Of a stretch of 64,000 bases of DNA, positions 28,328 through 39,326 are shown in pieces. The notes below the pieces were generated by a model, which saw only the letters and a list, made by a program, of their open reading frames with translations, was not told the origin of the DNA and did no database searches. A program made the translations under genes and the position numbers. Numbering within the stretch: the first letter of the stretch is position 1; every line of letters starts with the position of its first letter. The DNA is from Rubrivivax sp. (GTDB lineage: Bacteria > Pseudomonadota > Gammaproteobacteria > Burkholderiales > Burkholderiaceae_C), in contig JAURZM010000043.1 of the NCBI GenBank assembly GCA_030653385.1, positions 7,341 through 71,340 of the forward strand, in the 5' to 3' direction.

Positions 28328-28581
28328 GCGTTGGTTTGCCACAGGCGGTGGGTGATTCTCATCCCCCCAGGAAGCGCCAGCGCCAGCGTCGACCTTTCCG
28401 TCGCAGGCCTGGGTGCTTCGCTCCTTTGGACGAGGCGCTCCAGACTGACCACTGCCACATCACGCGCTCGGCCACAAGCAGTCGGCCACGTTCGTGCCAG
28501 CGACCTGTCACTCGACCCCTTGCCGCCGTCGTGGAGTGCCGCCGCTGAACCGCACGGTTCAAGCACTTGGACCAGCTTTGC

Positions 28582-29022
28582 TCAGTGAGCCCCACGGACG
28601 TGGCGCTTGGAAGCCGCCGCCGGCTGCGTTCCCGCGTGATCAATACCCTGGAGGATGCCGCAGTCGGCCGCCGCATGCGGCACTGGGCAGGCCGCCCGCA
28701 GCGCACGCAGTTCCTTCTCCAAAGCGCGCAGCGCCCGGATCCGCTCGGCCACATGGCCGATGTGCTCATCGAGCAAGCTGTTCACCTCACCGCAGTCAGC
28801 CAGTGGGTCGTCCCTGAACTGCAGCAGCACCCGCACCTCGTCCAGCGTCATGTCCAGGCTGCGGCACTGACGAATGAACGCCAGGCGCTCGGCATGCAGT
28901 GGCGTGTAGATGCGGTAGTTGCCCTCCGTGCGGGCGGCAGCAGGAAGCAGGCCCTCGCGCTCGTAGAAACGGATCGTTTCGATGGGCGTCCCGCTGGACT
29001 GGGCCAGTTCGCCGATGCGCAT
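28582..29022 (-). CDS. cadR: Cd(II)/Pb(II)-responsive MerR-family regulator
   Basis: MRIGELA...ETIRFYEREGLL, CRSLDMTLDE, three conserved Cys (DCGEVN, AC, DCGIL). Confidence 0.92.
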   Translation of the reverse strand: MRIGELAQSSGTPIETIRFYEREGLLPAAARTEGNYRIYTPLHAERLAFIRQCRSLDMTLDEVRVLLQFRDDPLADCGEVNSLLDEHIGHVAERIRALRALEKELRALRAACPVPHAAADCGILQGIDHAGTQPAAASKRHVRGAH

Positions 29023-29062
29023 GTGCGACTCCCCTCCTATGAACGATGGTTCGCGAAACGCC

Positions 29063-29093
29063 TTGACTCTAAACCCACTTCAGGGTTTTCAAT
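29063..29093 (+). promoter_or_regulatory. CadR/PbrR-type promoter-operator
   Basis: TTGACT-19 bp-TTCAAT with imperfect dyad ACTCTAAA...TTCAGGGT. Confidence 0.78.
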
Positions 29094-29098
29094 GGCGC

Positions 29099-31372
29099 AT
29101 GGCTCACGAACACAACCACGACATCAAGCCGCTTGCGGCCGGCAAGTTGGACACCTCCAGTTGCGGCACCTGCAGCGGCGACGTATCCCCGGCACCCGTT
29201 GCGTCCGCACCGGCAGGCGCGCTGGCGCAGTTTGGCGGCGGCCAGCGCTTCCGCATCCCGGCGATGGACTGTGCCAGCGAAGAATCCGAGATTCGCCGCG
29301 CGGTGGAAGGCATCCCTGGCGTGTTGGGTTTGCGCTTCCAACTGGGCGAGCGCAGTCTGCGCATCGACGGTACACCCGCGGCAGCGTTGGCCGCCGCGCA
29401 GGCGATCCGGAAGACCGGATTCGAGATTCATGCCTGGCCCGACGCGCCGGCCACTTTAGAAACCGACGGCGAGACGGACCACGCACACGACGCTGGAACC
29501 GGCTCCGGCCTGCCCCGCCTTGTGGCAGCACTCGTGCTGGCCACCGCTGCTGAAGGCCTGTCCTTTCTGGTGCCCGACGCACCATGGTCCAAGTGGGCGG
29601 GCCTGGCCATCGCCGCCGGGGCAATAGCGCTGGCCGGCTTCGGCACCTTCAGCAAAGGCCTGTCCGCGCTGCGGCACGGCCGCTTGAACATCAACGCTCT
29701 GATGACCGTGGCGGTCAGCGGCGCCTTCGTCATCGGCCAATGGCCCGAGGCGGCGATGGTCATGGCGCTGTACGCCATCGCGGAACTGATCGAGGCCCGC
29801 GCCGTCGACCGCGCGCGCAACGCGATCGGCGGCCTGATGGCGCTGGCACCCGACACCGCCGACCTCCAGCAGCCCGATGGTCGGTGGCAATCGGTGCCCG
29901 TGGGCACGGTGGCCATCGGCGCCACGGTGCGCGTCAGGCCCGGCGAACGGGTGGCGCTGGACGGCGTGGTCACCGCAGGCAACACCAGCGTGGACCAGGC
30001 ACCCGTGACCGGCGAGAGCCTGCCGGTGGACAAGGCGCCGGGCGATGCCGTCTTCGCCGGCACCATCAACCAGACCGGCACCGTCGAGTGCCGCGTCACC
30101 GCTGCGGCTTCGCAGTCGACGCTGGCCCGCATCATCCACGCCGTCGAGCAGGCCCAGGGCAGCCGCGCGCCCACGCAGCGCTTCGTCGACCGCTTTGCCG
30201 CCGTCTACACGCCGGCGGTGTTCGTTCTGGCACTCGCCGTCGCCATTGCCGGCCCCTGGCTGTTCGGCTGGACGGTCCTGGCTGCAGTCTACAAGGCGCT
30301 GGTGTTGCTCGTGATCGCGTGCCCCTGCGCGCTGGTGATCTCCACGCCCGTCACCGTCGTCAGCGGCCTGGCGGCGGCAGCCAAGCGCGGCATCCTGATC
30401 AAGGGCGGTGTCCACCTGGAACAAGCGCGCCTGCTCAAGGCCATCGCACTGGACAAGACCGGCACCATCACCGAAGGCAAGCCGCGCCTGGTCGAGTGGG
30501 AGATGCTGACCACCCGCCTGCCCAAGCCGCAGGCAGAACACATCGCAGCCGCACTTGCTGCGCACTCGGACCACCCAGTGTCGCGCGCCATCGCCGCAGG
30601 GCTGACGCCCAACAGCGTCGAGGCCAAGAACTTCACGGCCTTGTCAGGTCGCGGCATCGAGGCCGACATCGACGGCCAGCGCTACGTGCTGGGCAACCAC
30701 CGCCTGATCGAAGAGCGCGGCCAGTGCTCTGCCGAGATCGAAGCCGTGCTCCACCGACACGAACAAGCCGGCCGCACGGTGAGCCTGCTGGCCACCTCGT
30801 CCGGGGCGGTGGCGCTTTTCGCGGTCGCCGACACCATCAAGCCGTCGTCGGCCGCCGCCATCAGCGAGCTGAAGGCCATGGGCATCACCCCCGTGATGCT
30901 GACCGGCGACAACCAGGCGACCGCCGAGGCCATCGGCCGCGAAGCCGGCCTCACGGACATCCGCGGCAACCTGCTGCCCGAGGACAAGCTCGCTGCGATC
31001 CAAGCCCTGCAGAAGCAGTACGGCGCGACGGCGATGACCGGCGACGGCATCAACGACGCGCCGGCGCTGGCCCAGGCCGACATCGGCGTGGCGATGGGCG
31101 CGGCCGGCACCGACATCGCGATGGAAGCCGCCGACGTGGTGGTGATGAACGACGACCTGCGACGCCTCGCCGAGACGGTGCGCTTGTCGCAACGCACACA
31201 CGCGGTGCTGTGGCAGAACATCGCGTTGGCCCTGGGCATCAAGGCGGTGTTCCTGGTGCTCGCGCTGTTCGACAACGCCAGCATGTGGATGGCTGTTTTC
31301 GCCGACATGGGCGCCAGCCTGCTGGTGGTCTTCAACGGCCTGCGGCTGCTGCGCAACGCCGAGCGCGGCTGA
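29099..31372 (+). CDS. cadA: P1B-type heavy-metal ATPase (CadA/ZntA-like)
   Basis: His/Cys N-terminus, MDCASEE metal domain, TGES, CPC, DKTGT, SDHP, GDGINDAP; divergent from cadR. Confidence 0.93.
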   Translation: MAHEHNHDIKPLAAGKLDTSSCGTCSGDVSPAPVASAPAGALAQFGGGQRFRIPAMDCASEESEIRRAVEGIPGVLGLRFQLGERSLRIDGTPAAALAAAQAIRKTGFEIHAWPDAPATLETDGETDHAHDAGTGSGLPRLVAALVLATAAEGLSFLVPDAPWSKWAGLAIAAGAIALAGFGTFSKGLSALRHGRLNINALMTVAVSGAFVIGQWPEAAMVMALYAIAELIEARAVDRARNAIGGLMALAPDTADLQQPDGRWQSVPVGTVAIGATVRVRPGERVALDGVVTAGNTSVDQAPVTGESLPVDKAPGDAVFAGTINQTGTVECRVTAAASQSTLARIIHAVEQAQGSRAPTQRFVDRFAAVYTPAVFVLALAVAIAGPWLFGWTVLAAVYKALVLLVIACPCALVISTPVTVVSGLAAAAKRGILIKGGVHLEQARLLKAIALDKTGTITEGKPRLVEWEMLTTRLPKPQAEHIAAALAAHSDHPVSRAIAAGLTPNSVEAKNFTALSGRGIEADIDGQRYVLGNHRLIEERGQCSAEIEAVLHRHEQAGRTVSLLATSSGAVALFAVADTIKPSSAAAISELKAMGITPVMLTGDNQATAEAIGREAGLTDIRGNLLPEDKLAAIQALQKQYGATAMTGDGINDAPALAQADIGVAMGAAGTDIAMEAADVVVMNDDLRRLAETVRLSQRTHAVLWQNIALALGIKAVFLVLALFDNASMWMAVFADMGASLLVVFNGLRLLRNAERG

Positions 31373-31405
31373 GTCAGCGCTTCACCCTGAAGTAAGCTGA
31401 CCCAG

Positions 31406-31870
31406 GTGATGAACAGCGCGCGCGGCGAACACGACAACCCGGCACCCACCCGGCCAAGCACCGGGTGGGCCTGGCTGTCGGCGGCCTGGGCCGTCGCACT
31501 GGTGTCGACGTTCGCTGCGCTGTTCATCGGCGAAGTGATGGGCATGGCGCCCTGCCAGCTGTGCTGGTACCAGCGCATCCTGATGTTCCCGCTGGCCGTG
31601 ATCCTGGGCATGGCGGCCTTCGGCAACGACCGACGCGGCGCCATCTACGCCATGCCGTTGGCACTCGGCGGTGTGGTGGTGGCTGCTTATCACAGCGCGC
31701 TCGTAGCAGGCTGGGTGCCGCAGTGGTGGATCCCCTGCGGCGCAGGCCCCTCCTGCAGCGATCAGAGGTTGGTGATCCTGGGCGACATCCAGATCCCTTG
31801 GCTGTCCCTGCTGGCTTTCACCGCCATCGCACTTCTCCTGCTTGTCTACCTGCGAAAGCCCCGTTCATGA
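31406..31870 (+). CDS. DsbB-family disulfide bond formation protein (BdbC-like)
   Basis: PCQLCWYQRILMFPL plus second Cys pair PCGAGPSC; multiple TMs. Confidence 0.88.
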   Translation: MMNSARGEHDNPAPTRPSTGWAWLSAAWAVALVSTFAALFIGEVMGMAPCQLCWYQRILMFPLAVILGMAAFGNDRRGAIYAMPLALGGVVVAAYHSALVAGWVPQWWIPCGAGPSCSDQRLVILGDIQIPWLSLLAFTAIALLLLVYLRKPRS

Positions 31871-32523
31871 ACACCAAGAAGCTCGCCGTCGGCGGCATCC
31901 TGATCCTCGTCGTCGCCGCTTTTGTCGTCGGCATCAGCCTCTATCGGAAGCAGACACAGACCGCCCAGGACCAGACAGTCCGCGCCGAGCAGACCCGGCT
32001 CGTGCGCATGCACTCGCCGGTGCTCGGGCCACAGGCAGCCCCGGTCACGATCGTCGAGTTCTTCGACCCGGCTTGCGAGACCTGCCGTGCGTTCTATCCG
32101 ATCGTCAAGAACCTGATGGCGAAGTACCCGCAGGACGTTCGGCTGGTCATCCGCTACGCGCCGTTCCACCAGGGCTCTGACCAGGTGGTGAAGCTGCTCG
32201 AAGCGGCGAAGCGCCAGGGCAAGTACCAGCCGGTGCTGGAGGCGGTGCTGCAAGCGCAGCCCACCTGGGCCGACCACGGCCGGCCCAACCCGGACCTCAC
32301 CTTCGAGATCGCGAAAGCAGCCGGCCTCGACATCGAGCGGGCTCGCCAGGTCATGGCCCAGCCCGAGATGCAGGCCTTGCTGGCGCAGGATGTCGAAGAC
32401 CTCACCGCGCTGCGCGTGAGCCGTACGCCCACCTTCTTCGTCAACGGCCGCAGCCTGCCCAGCTTCGGGCCGGACCAGCTCGCCGCCCTGGTGGCCGAGG
32501 AAGTGGCGAAGGCGAAGCGATAG
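31867..32523 (+). CDS. DsbA-family thioredoxin-fold protein (BdbD-like)
   Basis: N-terminal TM, IVEFFDPACETC, TPTFFVNG; ATGA overlap with the DsbB gene. Confidence 0.88.
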   Translation: MNTKKLAVGGILILVVAAFVVGISLYRKQTQTAQDQTVRAEQTRLVRMHSPVLGPQAAPVTIVEFFDPACETCRAFYPIVKNLMAKYPQDVRLVIRYAPFHQGSDQVVKLLEAAKRQGKYQPVLEAVLQAQPTWADHGRPNPDLTFEIAKAAGLDIERARQVMAQPEMQALLAQDVEDLTALRVSRTPTFFVNGRSLPSFGPDQLAALVAEEVAKAKR

Positions 32524-32563
32524 GCCGACAGCGGCTGCGCTGGCAGCCCGCCGCCGGTCGGGC

Positions 32564-35500
32564 TCACGCCGCTGACGTCGCCGGGTCCGGCACCGAAGCA
32601 TTGGCGCGATCGGCAAGTGCTTTGCCGACAGCGGCACGGTCGCGTCTGCGCAGCAGCCGGTAGATGGCGGGGACGACGAACATCGACAGCAGCGGCGCCG
32701 TCACCATGCCGCCGACCATCGGCGCGGCGATGCGCTGCATCACCTCCGAGCCCGTACCGCCGCCGAACATGATGGGCAACAGGCCCGCGATGATGACGGC
32801 CACGGTCATGGCCTTCGGCCGCACGCGCAACACGGCGCCTTCGCGGATGGCGTCGAGCAACGCCTCGTCGCTGTCGTGCCCGCGCGCCAGCCGCGTATCC
32901 CAGGCCTGCTTCAGGTAAAGCAGCATGATCACACCGAACTCGGCCGCCACGCCGGCCAGCGCGATGAAGCCGATGGCACCGGCCACACTCAGGTTGTAGC
33001 CCAGCAGATACAGCAGCCAGAAGCCGCCGATCAGCGCAAAGGGCAGCGTGGCCAGGATCAACAGCGCCTCGTCGAAGCGGCGGAAGGTCAGGTACAGCAG
33101 CACGAAGATGATGCCCAGCGTGAAGGGCACCACGACCTTCAGCTTGGCCGTGGCACGCTCCAGGAACTCGAACTGTCCTGACCACGAGACCGAGTAGCCC
33201 GCGGTCAGCTGCACCTGCTCAGCAACGGCCTTTTGCATGTCGAGCACCACGGACTTCAGGTCACGGCCACGAATGTCCACGTAGACGAAGCCGGCAAGCC
33301 GTGCGTTTTCGCTCCGCAGCATTGGCGGGCCGTCGCTGATGCGCAGTTCGGCCACGTCCGACAGCACGATGCGCGCGCCGCGGGGCGTCACGAAAGGCAG
33401 CTTGCGCAGCTTCTCCAGCGAGTCGCGCGTTTCCCTCGGATACCGCACGTTGATCGGAAAGCGCTGCAGGCCTTCGACCGTTTCCCCGACGTTGTCACCG
33501 CCCACCGCAGCGCTGATCACCGACTGCACGTCGGCGATGTTCATGCCGTAACGCGCGGCAGCGTCGCGGTTGATGTTGACATCGACATAGCGTCCACCGG
33601 TCAGCCGCTCGGCGAGTGCACTGCTGACACCCGGCACAGCCTTCACGGCCTTCTCGATCTCACTGGCGATGCGGTCGATCTCGGCCAGGTCGGTGCCGGC
33701 CACCTTGATGCCCACCGGGCTCTTGATGCCGGTGGCCAGCATGTCGATGCGGTTGCGGATCGGTGGCACCCAGATGTTCGACAGGCCCGGCACCTTGACG
33801 ATGCGGTCCAGCTCCTCGACCAGCTTGTCGCTTGTCATGCCGTCGCGCCACGCGCTCTTCGGCTTGAACTGGATCGTGGTCTCGAACATTTCCATCGGCG
33901 CGGGGTCGGTAGCGGTTTCCGCGCGGCCGGCTTTGCCGTGCACCGATTGCACCTCGGGCAGCGTCTTGATCAGCCGGTCGGTCTGCTGCAGCAGTTCTGC
34001 CGCCTTGCCGGACGACAGGCCCGGCAGCGCGGTGGGCATGTAGAGCAGGTCGCCTTCGTCGAGCGGCGGCATGAACTCGCCGCCGATCTTCAGAATCGGC
34101 CAGGCGGTGCTGGCCAGCAGCAGCAGCGCGACGGCGATCGTCGTCTTCGGCCAGGCCAGCACACCGTCGAGCAGCGGCCGGTAGACGGCGATCAGCGCGC
34201 GGTTCAGCGGGTTGCGTCGTTCGTCAGGGATTCGACCGCGGATCAGGTAGCCCATCAGCACCGGCACCAGTGTCACCGCCAGCCCGGCCGACGCCGCCAT
34301 CGCATAGGTCTTGGTGTAGGCCAGCGGCGAGAACAGCCGCCCTTCCTGCGCTTCCAGCGTGAACACCGGGATGAAGCTGAGCGTGATGATGAGCAGCGAG
34401 AAGAACAGCGCCGGGCCGACCTCCACCGCCGCGTCACCCACGACGCGCCATTGCGCTTCGCCTTTCAGCGTCTCGCCGGGGTGTTCATGGCGCCAGGCCT
34501 CGATGTGCTTGTGCGCGTTTTCGATCATCACCACCGCTGCGTCGACCATCGCGCCAATGGCGATGGCGATGCCACCCAGCGACATCACGTTGGCATTGAC
34601 GCCCTGGTAGTGCATGACGATGAAGCTGGCCAGGATGCCGAGCGGCAGCGTGACGATCGCCACGAACGCCGAGCGCAGGTGGAACAGGAACACCAAACAC
34701 ACCAGCGCGACGACGATGAACTCCTCGATCAGCTTGCGACTGAGGTTTTCGACGGCCCGTTCGATCAGGCCCGAGCGGTCGTAGGTCGGCACGATTTCCA
34801 CGCCTTTCGGCAGGCTGGCCTGCAACGACGCGATCTTGGCCTTGACGGCGGCGATGGTCTCCAGCGCGTTCTTGCCCGAGCGCATCACGATGACGCCACC
34901 CGTGACCTCGCCCTCGCCATCGAGCTCGCCAATGCCGCGGCGCATCTCGGGTCCGACCTGCACCCGTGCCACGTCACCCAGGCGCACGCTGACGCCCGCA
35001 GGCGTGGCACTCAACGGGATCTTGCGGAAGTCGTCCAAGGTCGCCAGCAGGCCGGACGCGCGCACCACGTACTCGGCCTCGCCGAGTTCCAGCACCGAGC
35101 CGCCGGCTTCCTGGTTGGCCGAGCGGATCGCGTCGATGACCTGGCCGTGCGGGATGTTGTAGGCCGCGAGCTTGTCGGGGTCCAGCAGCACCTGGTACTG
35201 GCGCACCATGCCACCGACCGACGCGACCTCGGCCACGTTCGGCACGGTCTTCAGTTCGAACTTCAGGAACCAGTCCTGCAGCGCGCGCAGTTGGCCGGCG
35301 TCCATCGTGCCGCTGCGGTCCACCAGCGCGTACTGGTAAATCCAGCCCACGCCGGTGGCGTCGGGCCCGAGCGCCGGCTTGGCGGCGGCAGGCAAGCGCG
35401 ACTGCACCTGGTTCAGGTACTCCAGCACCCGCGAGCGTGCCCAATACGGGTCGGTGCCGTCGTCGAACAGCACGTAGACGAAGCTGTCGCCGAAGAACGA

Positions 35501-35755
35501 GTAGCCGCGCACCACCTTTGCGCCCGGCACCGACAGCATGGTCGTCGTCAGCGGGTAGGTCACCTGGTTCTCGACGATGCGCGGCGCCTGGCCCGGGAAC
35601 GGCGTGCGGATGATGACCTGCACGTCCGACAGGTCGGGCAGTGCGTCCAGTGGCGTTCGCTGCACCGCCCACAGCCCCCAGGCGGTGACGATGACCGTGG
35701 CCAGCAGCACCAGGAAGCGGTTGACGATGGACCAGCGGATCAGGGCGGCAATCAT
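32564..35755 (-). CDS. cusA: CusA-family Cu/Ag RND efflux pump
   Basis: [47 protein letters not shown]. Confidence 0.96.
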   Translation of the reverse strand: MIAALIRWSIVNRFLVLLATVIVTAWGLWAVQRTPLDALPDLSDVQVIIRTPFPGQAPRIVENQVTYPLTTTMLSVPGAKVVRGYSFFGDSFVYVLFDDGTDPYWARSRVLEYLNQVQSRLPAAAKPALGPDATGVGWIYQYALVDRSGTMDAGQLRALQDWFLKFELKTVPNVAEVASVGGMVRQYQVLLDPDKLAAYNIPHGQVIDAIRSANQEAGGSVLELGEAEYVVRASGLLATLDDFRKIPLSATPAGVSVRLGDVARVQVGPEMRRGIGELDGEGEVTGGVIVMRSGKNALETIAAVKAKIASLQASLPKGVEIVPTYDRSGLIERAVENLSRKLIEEFIVVALVCLVFLFHLRSAFVAIVTLPLGILASFIVMHYQGVNANVMSLGGIAIAIGAMVDAAVVMIENAHKHIEAWRHEHPGETLKGEAQWRVVGDAAVEVGPALFFSLLIITLSFIPVFTLEAQEGRLFSPLAYTKTYAMAASAGLAVTLVPVLMGYLIRGRIPDERRNPLNRALIAVYRPLLDGVLAWPKTTIAVALLLLASTAWPILKIGGEFMPPLDEGDLLYMPTALPGLSSGKAAELLQQTDRLIKTLPEVQSVHGKAGRAETATDPAPMEMFETTIQFKPKSAWRDGMTSDKLVEELDRIVKVPGLSNIWVPPIRNRIDMLATGIKSPVGIKVAGTDLAEIDRIASEIEKAVKAVPGVSSALAERLTGGRYVDVNINRDAAARYGMNIADVQSVISAAVGGDNVGETVEGLQRFPINVRYPRETRDSLEKLRKLPFVTPRGARIVLSDVAELRISDGPPMLRSENARLAGFVYVDIRGRDLKSVVLDMQKAVAEQVQLTAGYSVSWSGQFEFLERATAKLKVVVPFTLGIIFVLLYLTFRRFDEALLILATLPFALIGGFWLLYLLGYNLSVAGAIGFIALAGVAAEFGVIMLLYLKQAWDTRLARGHDSDEALLDAIREGAVLRVRPKAMTVAVIIAGLLPIMFGGGTGSEVMQRIAAPMVGGMVTAPLLSMFVVPAIYRLLRRRDRAAVGKALADRANASVPDPATSAA

Positions 35756-37389
35756 CGCGAAGCTCCCGACGGACCCACGGCAGGTGACATGGGCGCAAGC
35801 GGCGGCAACAACGTGAGCGAGGTCGCTTTCGGACCGTCGGTGGGATCGACATAGAACTCGAAGTCGACGCGGTCGCCCACAGCCAGACCCCGCGACACCT
35901 TGGTGGCTGGCGGCAGCTTGAACTCCATCGTCATCGCGCCCATGCCGATGCTCGGGATGGGGCCGTGGCTGAGCGTCACGCCGTCGCGGTCCATCGACTC
36001 GATCAGCCCCTGACCGCTGTGGCGCTGGGCGGTGTTGGCCGCCGTCGGTGCCGGCTGGCCATTGAGCCGAGCCTCGACGCCCTTCAGGCTGGCTTCGGAG
36101 TCGATCAGGAACTGCGACGAGACCACCACGCGCTGGCCCGCCTTCAGGCCGCGCTTGATCTCGGTCTGGCCGCCGGTTTCCAGACCGGTCTCCACATCGA
36201 CGGGGGCGAAACGTCCGCCTTCCTCAGCCACCATGACCACCGCGCGACGACCGGTCTGGATCACCGCCTCCGTCGGGATCAGCAGGGCCTTCCCGGCCCG
36301 CGTGTTCATGAACTGCATCGTGACGAACAGGCCGGGCACCAGCTGCCCCTCGGGGTTGGCAAGTTGCACCCGTGCCTTCAGGGTGCGCGTGGTGGGGTTC
36401 ACTTCGGGCAGCAGTGCCTGCACCGTGCCGCGAAACACGGTTCCCGACGCTCCGGGGCTGCGCGCTTCCACCGGGTTGCCTGGGCGCACGAGCGCGGCCT
36501 GGCTCTCGGGCAGCTCGGCGAGCGCCCAGACGCTGCCCAGACCGTTGATGCGCGCCAGCATCATCCCGGGGCTGACCGTCATGCCCTCGCGCGCGACGAG
36601 CTCGGCGACCACACCGCTGGACGGCGCCACGAGCGTGATGCGTGGCTGAACGGCCCCCACCGCATCCACCTGTGCGACCTGGGCCTCGCTCATGCCTGCC
36701 AGCAGCAAGCGTTGGCGGGCAGCGGCGGCCAGCCCGGCATCACCCGCCGCGAAGCGCTTGACCGCGAGGTACTCCTCCTGGGCAGCGACCCACTCCGGCA
36801 CGTAGAGGTCCGCGAAGGGCTGGCCTTGCCGCACACGGTCCAGCGTCGCACGCACGTGGAGCTTTTCGATATAGCCCGTGGCCCGGGCCTGCACCACCGA
36901 CTGGTCGCGCTCGTTCCACGCGATGCTGCCGACCGCGCTCACCATAGGCTGCAGGGTGCCCTCCACCACTTCGGCGGTGCGCACACCCAGGTTCTGCTGG
37001 ATGCGCGGACTGACCGTGACGGTGCCCTGGTCATCGCCACCGGCACCGCCATAGACGGGCACCAGCATCATGTCCATGAAGGGCGACTTGGCCGGCGCGT
37101 CGAAGCGTTTGCCGGGCACCATGGGGTCGTGGTAGTAGAGGACGGGTTTGCCGGTGGCAGGATCGATCTGGCCAGCCTTGATCCCTTCCTTGATGTGGCG
37201 TCGCGTCGCAGCTTCGCCGGCAGCGATGCTGCTGGTCGGGTCTTCTGCAGGCGGCGAGCCGGATGCAGTTGCTGCTCCGGCGCCAACCTGGCCCATGCCG
37301 CGGTGCATGCCGACCTGGTACAGCGCAAAGCCGCCTGCGGCCAGCGCGACGGCAACCACGGCCGTCAACAAGGTGCTTCGGGTGTTCAT
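35752..37389 (-). CDS. cusB: CusB-family periplasmic adaptor with N-terminal Met-rich domain and C-terminal CusF-like domain
   Basis: YYHDPM...[10 protein letters not shown]; QFLIDSEA; C-terminal [16 protein letters not shown]. Confidence 0.92.
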   Translation of the reverse strand: MNTRSTLLTAVVAVALAAGGFALYQVGMHRGMGQVGAGAATASGSPPAEDPTSSIAAGEAATRRHIKEGIKAGQIDPATGKPVLYYHDPMVPGKRFDAPAKSPFMDMMLVPVYGGAGGDDQGTVTVSPRIQQNLGVRTAEVVEGTLQPMVSAVGSIAWNERDQSVVQARATGYIEKLHVRATLDRVRQGQPFADLYVPEWVAAQEEYLAVKRFAAGDAGLAAAARQRLLLAGMSEAQVAQVDAVGAVQPRITLVAPSSGVVAELVAREGMTVSPGMMLARINGLGSVWALAELPESQAALVRPGNPVEARSPGASGTVFRGTVQALLPEVNPTTRTLKARVQLANPEGQLVPGLFVTMQFMNTRAGKALLIPTEAVIQTGRRAVVMVAEEGGRFAPVDVETGLETGGQTEIKRGLKAGQRVVVSSQFLIDSEASLKGVEARLNGQPAPTAANTAQRHSGQGLIESMDRDGVTLSHGPIPSIGMGAMTMEFKLPPATKVSRGLAVGDRVDFEFYVDPTDGPKATSLTLLPPLAPMSPAVGPSGASR

Positions 37390-37409
37390 GGTGTTGCCTC
37401 CGGCTTGGC

Positions 37410-38714
37410 TTAGGCGCCGTCGTGTGACGGCAGCAGATAGTTGAGTTGAGCCCAGACCCGGGCCCGCTCCAGCTCGATGCGCAAGCGCTCCATCCGCACA
37501 TCCACCTCGCTGCGGCGTGCATCGAGCACCGCCGGCAACGCACCGGTGCCGCTGCGGTAGGCCACCAGCGCAGCTTCGCTGCGTTGGCTTGCCAGCGGCA
37601 ACAGGGAGGCGTCGTAGCGCTGCAGGCGTTCTTCGTGGCTGCGCCACTCCTGCAGCATCGCCCGCACCTCGGCCTCGTGGGCGCGCTGCAACTCCTCGCG
37701 TCGAGCCCGGGCCTCGCCCACACCCGCCAGGCGCGCAGCCAGATCACGGTCCTGCCGGTTCTTCTGGTCCCACTGCAGGGGAACCGAGAAGTTGACTGAC
37801 ACCATGTTGGAGTACGCCGGGCCGCGCTGACTGACCATCAGCTCGACGCTCCAGTCCGACGACTTCGCGGCGCGGGCCACAGCGACATCGCTGTCGGCGA
37901 TCGCTTCCTGCTGTGCTGCCGTGGCGATCTGGGGATGCTGGTTCAGGTGCTCCGAAAGGGCACCCTCGGTCCATGCGGGCAGCCTCAGCGCAGGACGCGG
38001 CGCCAGCTGCAGGCGCGCGACTTCACCCACCCACCGCTCCAGCCGGGTGGTGGCAACCGCGACCTCGCGCTCGGCCTGAGCCAGACCATCGCGCAGCTGC
38101 TCGACCGATCCGCGCGCAGCGAAGATCTCGGCCTGGGAGCCCTGGCCGCTGCGGTACAGCGTTTCTGCAGCCTGGACTTGCAGTTCAGCCTGAGCGATCT
38201 GCGACTGCAGCAGTTCGCGCAAGGACTCCTGGTAGGAGCGGTCGAGCCAGGCCAGTGCTGTATCGCGCTGCAGTTCCGCGAGGGTGGCCTGGCGGGCGAC
38301 GTTGGCCAGATCGACTTCGCGTTCGGCTCGGCGCGCGCGGGCGTTGCGCTTGTCGGCCCGCGTCAAATCCTGCATCAGGCCCACCGAGCGCATCGTCATG
38401 AAATCCCGCGTGACGCTGTAGCGGTCGGGACCGTCGATCGGCAGGTTGTTGAGACCGAGTTTGAGCACAGGGTCGGGCAGCTGGCCTGCAGCAACGGCCG
38501 TTTCGCGAGCAGCCTGCGCTTGCGACTCGGCGGCAGCCACCCGGTGCGATCGCGCCGCGGCATCGACGACCGCACGATCGAGTGAGAGAACGGGCTGCGC
38601 GAACACCGTTGGGGCAAACATGGCCAGCAACAGGACAAGCCACAGCACAAGCCAAAGCATCAGCGATGGCGCCAAGCGGAGGCCATCTCGCCTCCAAAGC
38701 AAATACACATTCAT
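37410..38714 (-). CDS. TolC/CusC-family outer-membrane factor
   Basis: GQLPDP, DFMTM, helical repeats; first gene of the CBA set. Confidence 0.88.
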   Translation of the reverse strand: MNVYLLWRRDGLRLAPSLMLWLVLWLVLLLAMFAPTVFAQPVLSLDRAVVDAAARSHRVAAAESQAQAARETAVAAGQLPDPVLKLGLNNLPIDGPDRYSVTRDFMTMRSVGLMQDLTRADKRNARARRAEREVDLANVARQATLAELQRDTALAWLDRSYQESLRELLQSQIAQAELQVQAAETLYRSGQGSQAEIFAARGSVEQLRDGLAQAEREVAVATTRLERWVGEVARLQLAPRPALRLPAWTEGALSEHLNQHPQIATAAQQEAIADSDVAVARAAKSSDWSVELMVSQRGPAYSNMVSVNFSVPLQWDQKNRQDRDLAARLAGVGEARARREELQRAHEAEVRAMLQEWRSHEERLQRYDASLLPLASQRSEAALVAYRSGTGALPAVLDARRSEVDVRMERLRIELERARVWAQLNYLLPSHDGA

Positions 38715-38783
38715 GGGAACTCCTGAAGTCCGGAACCAGGCCGCGGCTGGGCCGCGACCGATCAAGCGGGCAACTTCAGGAGA

Positions 38784-39197
38784 TCAAATGCGAAAGCAAC
38801 AATGCGCGATGCTGTGGGCCAGCGGCGACGGTCGATCGCGAACGCGCTCGTCCTGCGCCCATGAACTCAGCGCGTGGTCCAGACGGTCATCCACCGACAG
38901 GGTGAACAGGGCCGGCAGCGCCGTCAGGGGTACAACAACCAATGGCACAGGGTCGACCGCATGACTGACTGATCCGAACTGGCAGTGCTGCATGCACAAG
39001 GTTGGCTGATCGGGGTCAAGCTGAATCCCTTCAGCCATCATCTCGGCACACGGCACGCCGGCCATGTCGGGCGCAGGTCCGTCAGCCCGATCGCCGATCG
39101 CGGGACAGGCGTATGCCGCCATCGCCATTTGCGCGAACAGCAGCACCATCGACAACATGACGATGATGCGGACCCGGATGCGCTTGCGAAGACTCAC
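38784..39197 (-). CDS. Small exported Cys/His/Met-rich protein leading the cus operon
   Basis: Signal-like segment, AYACP, CAEMM, CMQHC, C-terminal HSIAHCCFRI; GTG start at 39197. Confidence 0.65.
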   Translation of the reverse strand: MSLRKRIRVRIIVMLSMVLLFAQMAMAAYACPAIGDRADGPAPDMAGVPCAEMMAEGIQLDPDQPTLCMQHCQFGSVSHAVDPVPLVVVPLTALPALFTLSVDDRLDHALSSWAQDERVRDRPSPLAHSIAHCCFRI

Positions 39198-39326
39198 GGG
39201 CCAAAGAATAACCGGAACCGCCTGGTAGCGACCCAGCGCGACGTCGAAGACCCCTGCGCGCCGACGAAGGCAGCACACTTGGGCTCGCTCACCTTGCCGA
39301 TGCACACGCAGCCCACGGTGCACTCT

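Noticed and set aside
28330-28580. Short ORFs between the deleted transporter and cadR
   Set aside because: No recognisable motif, RBS, terminal repeats or yicC-like core; probably junction DNA.
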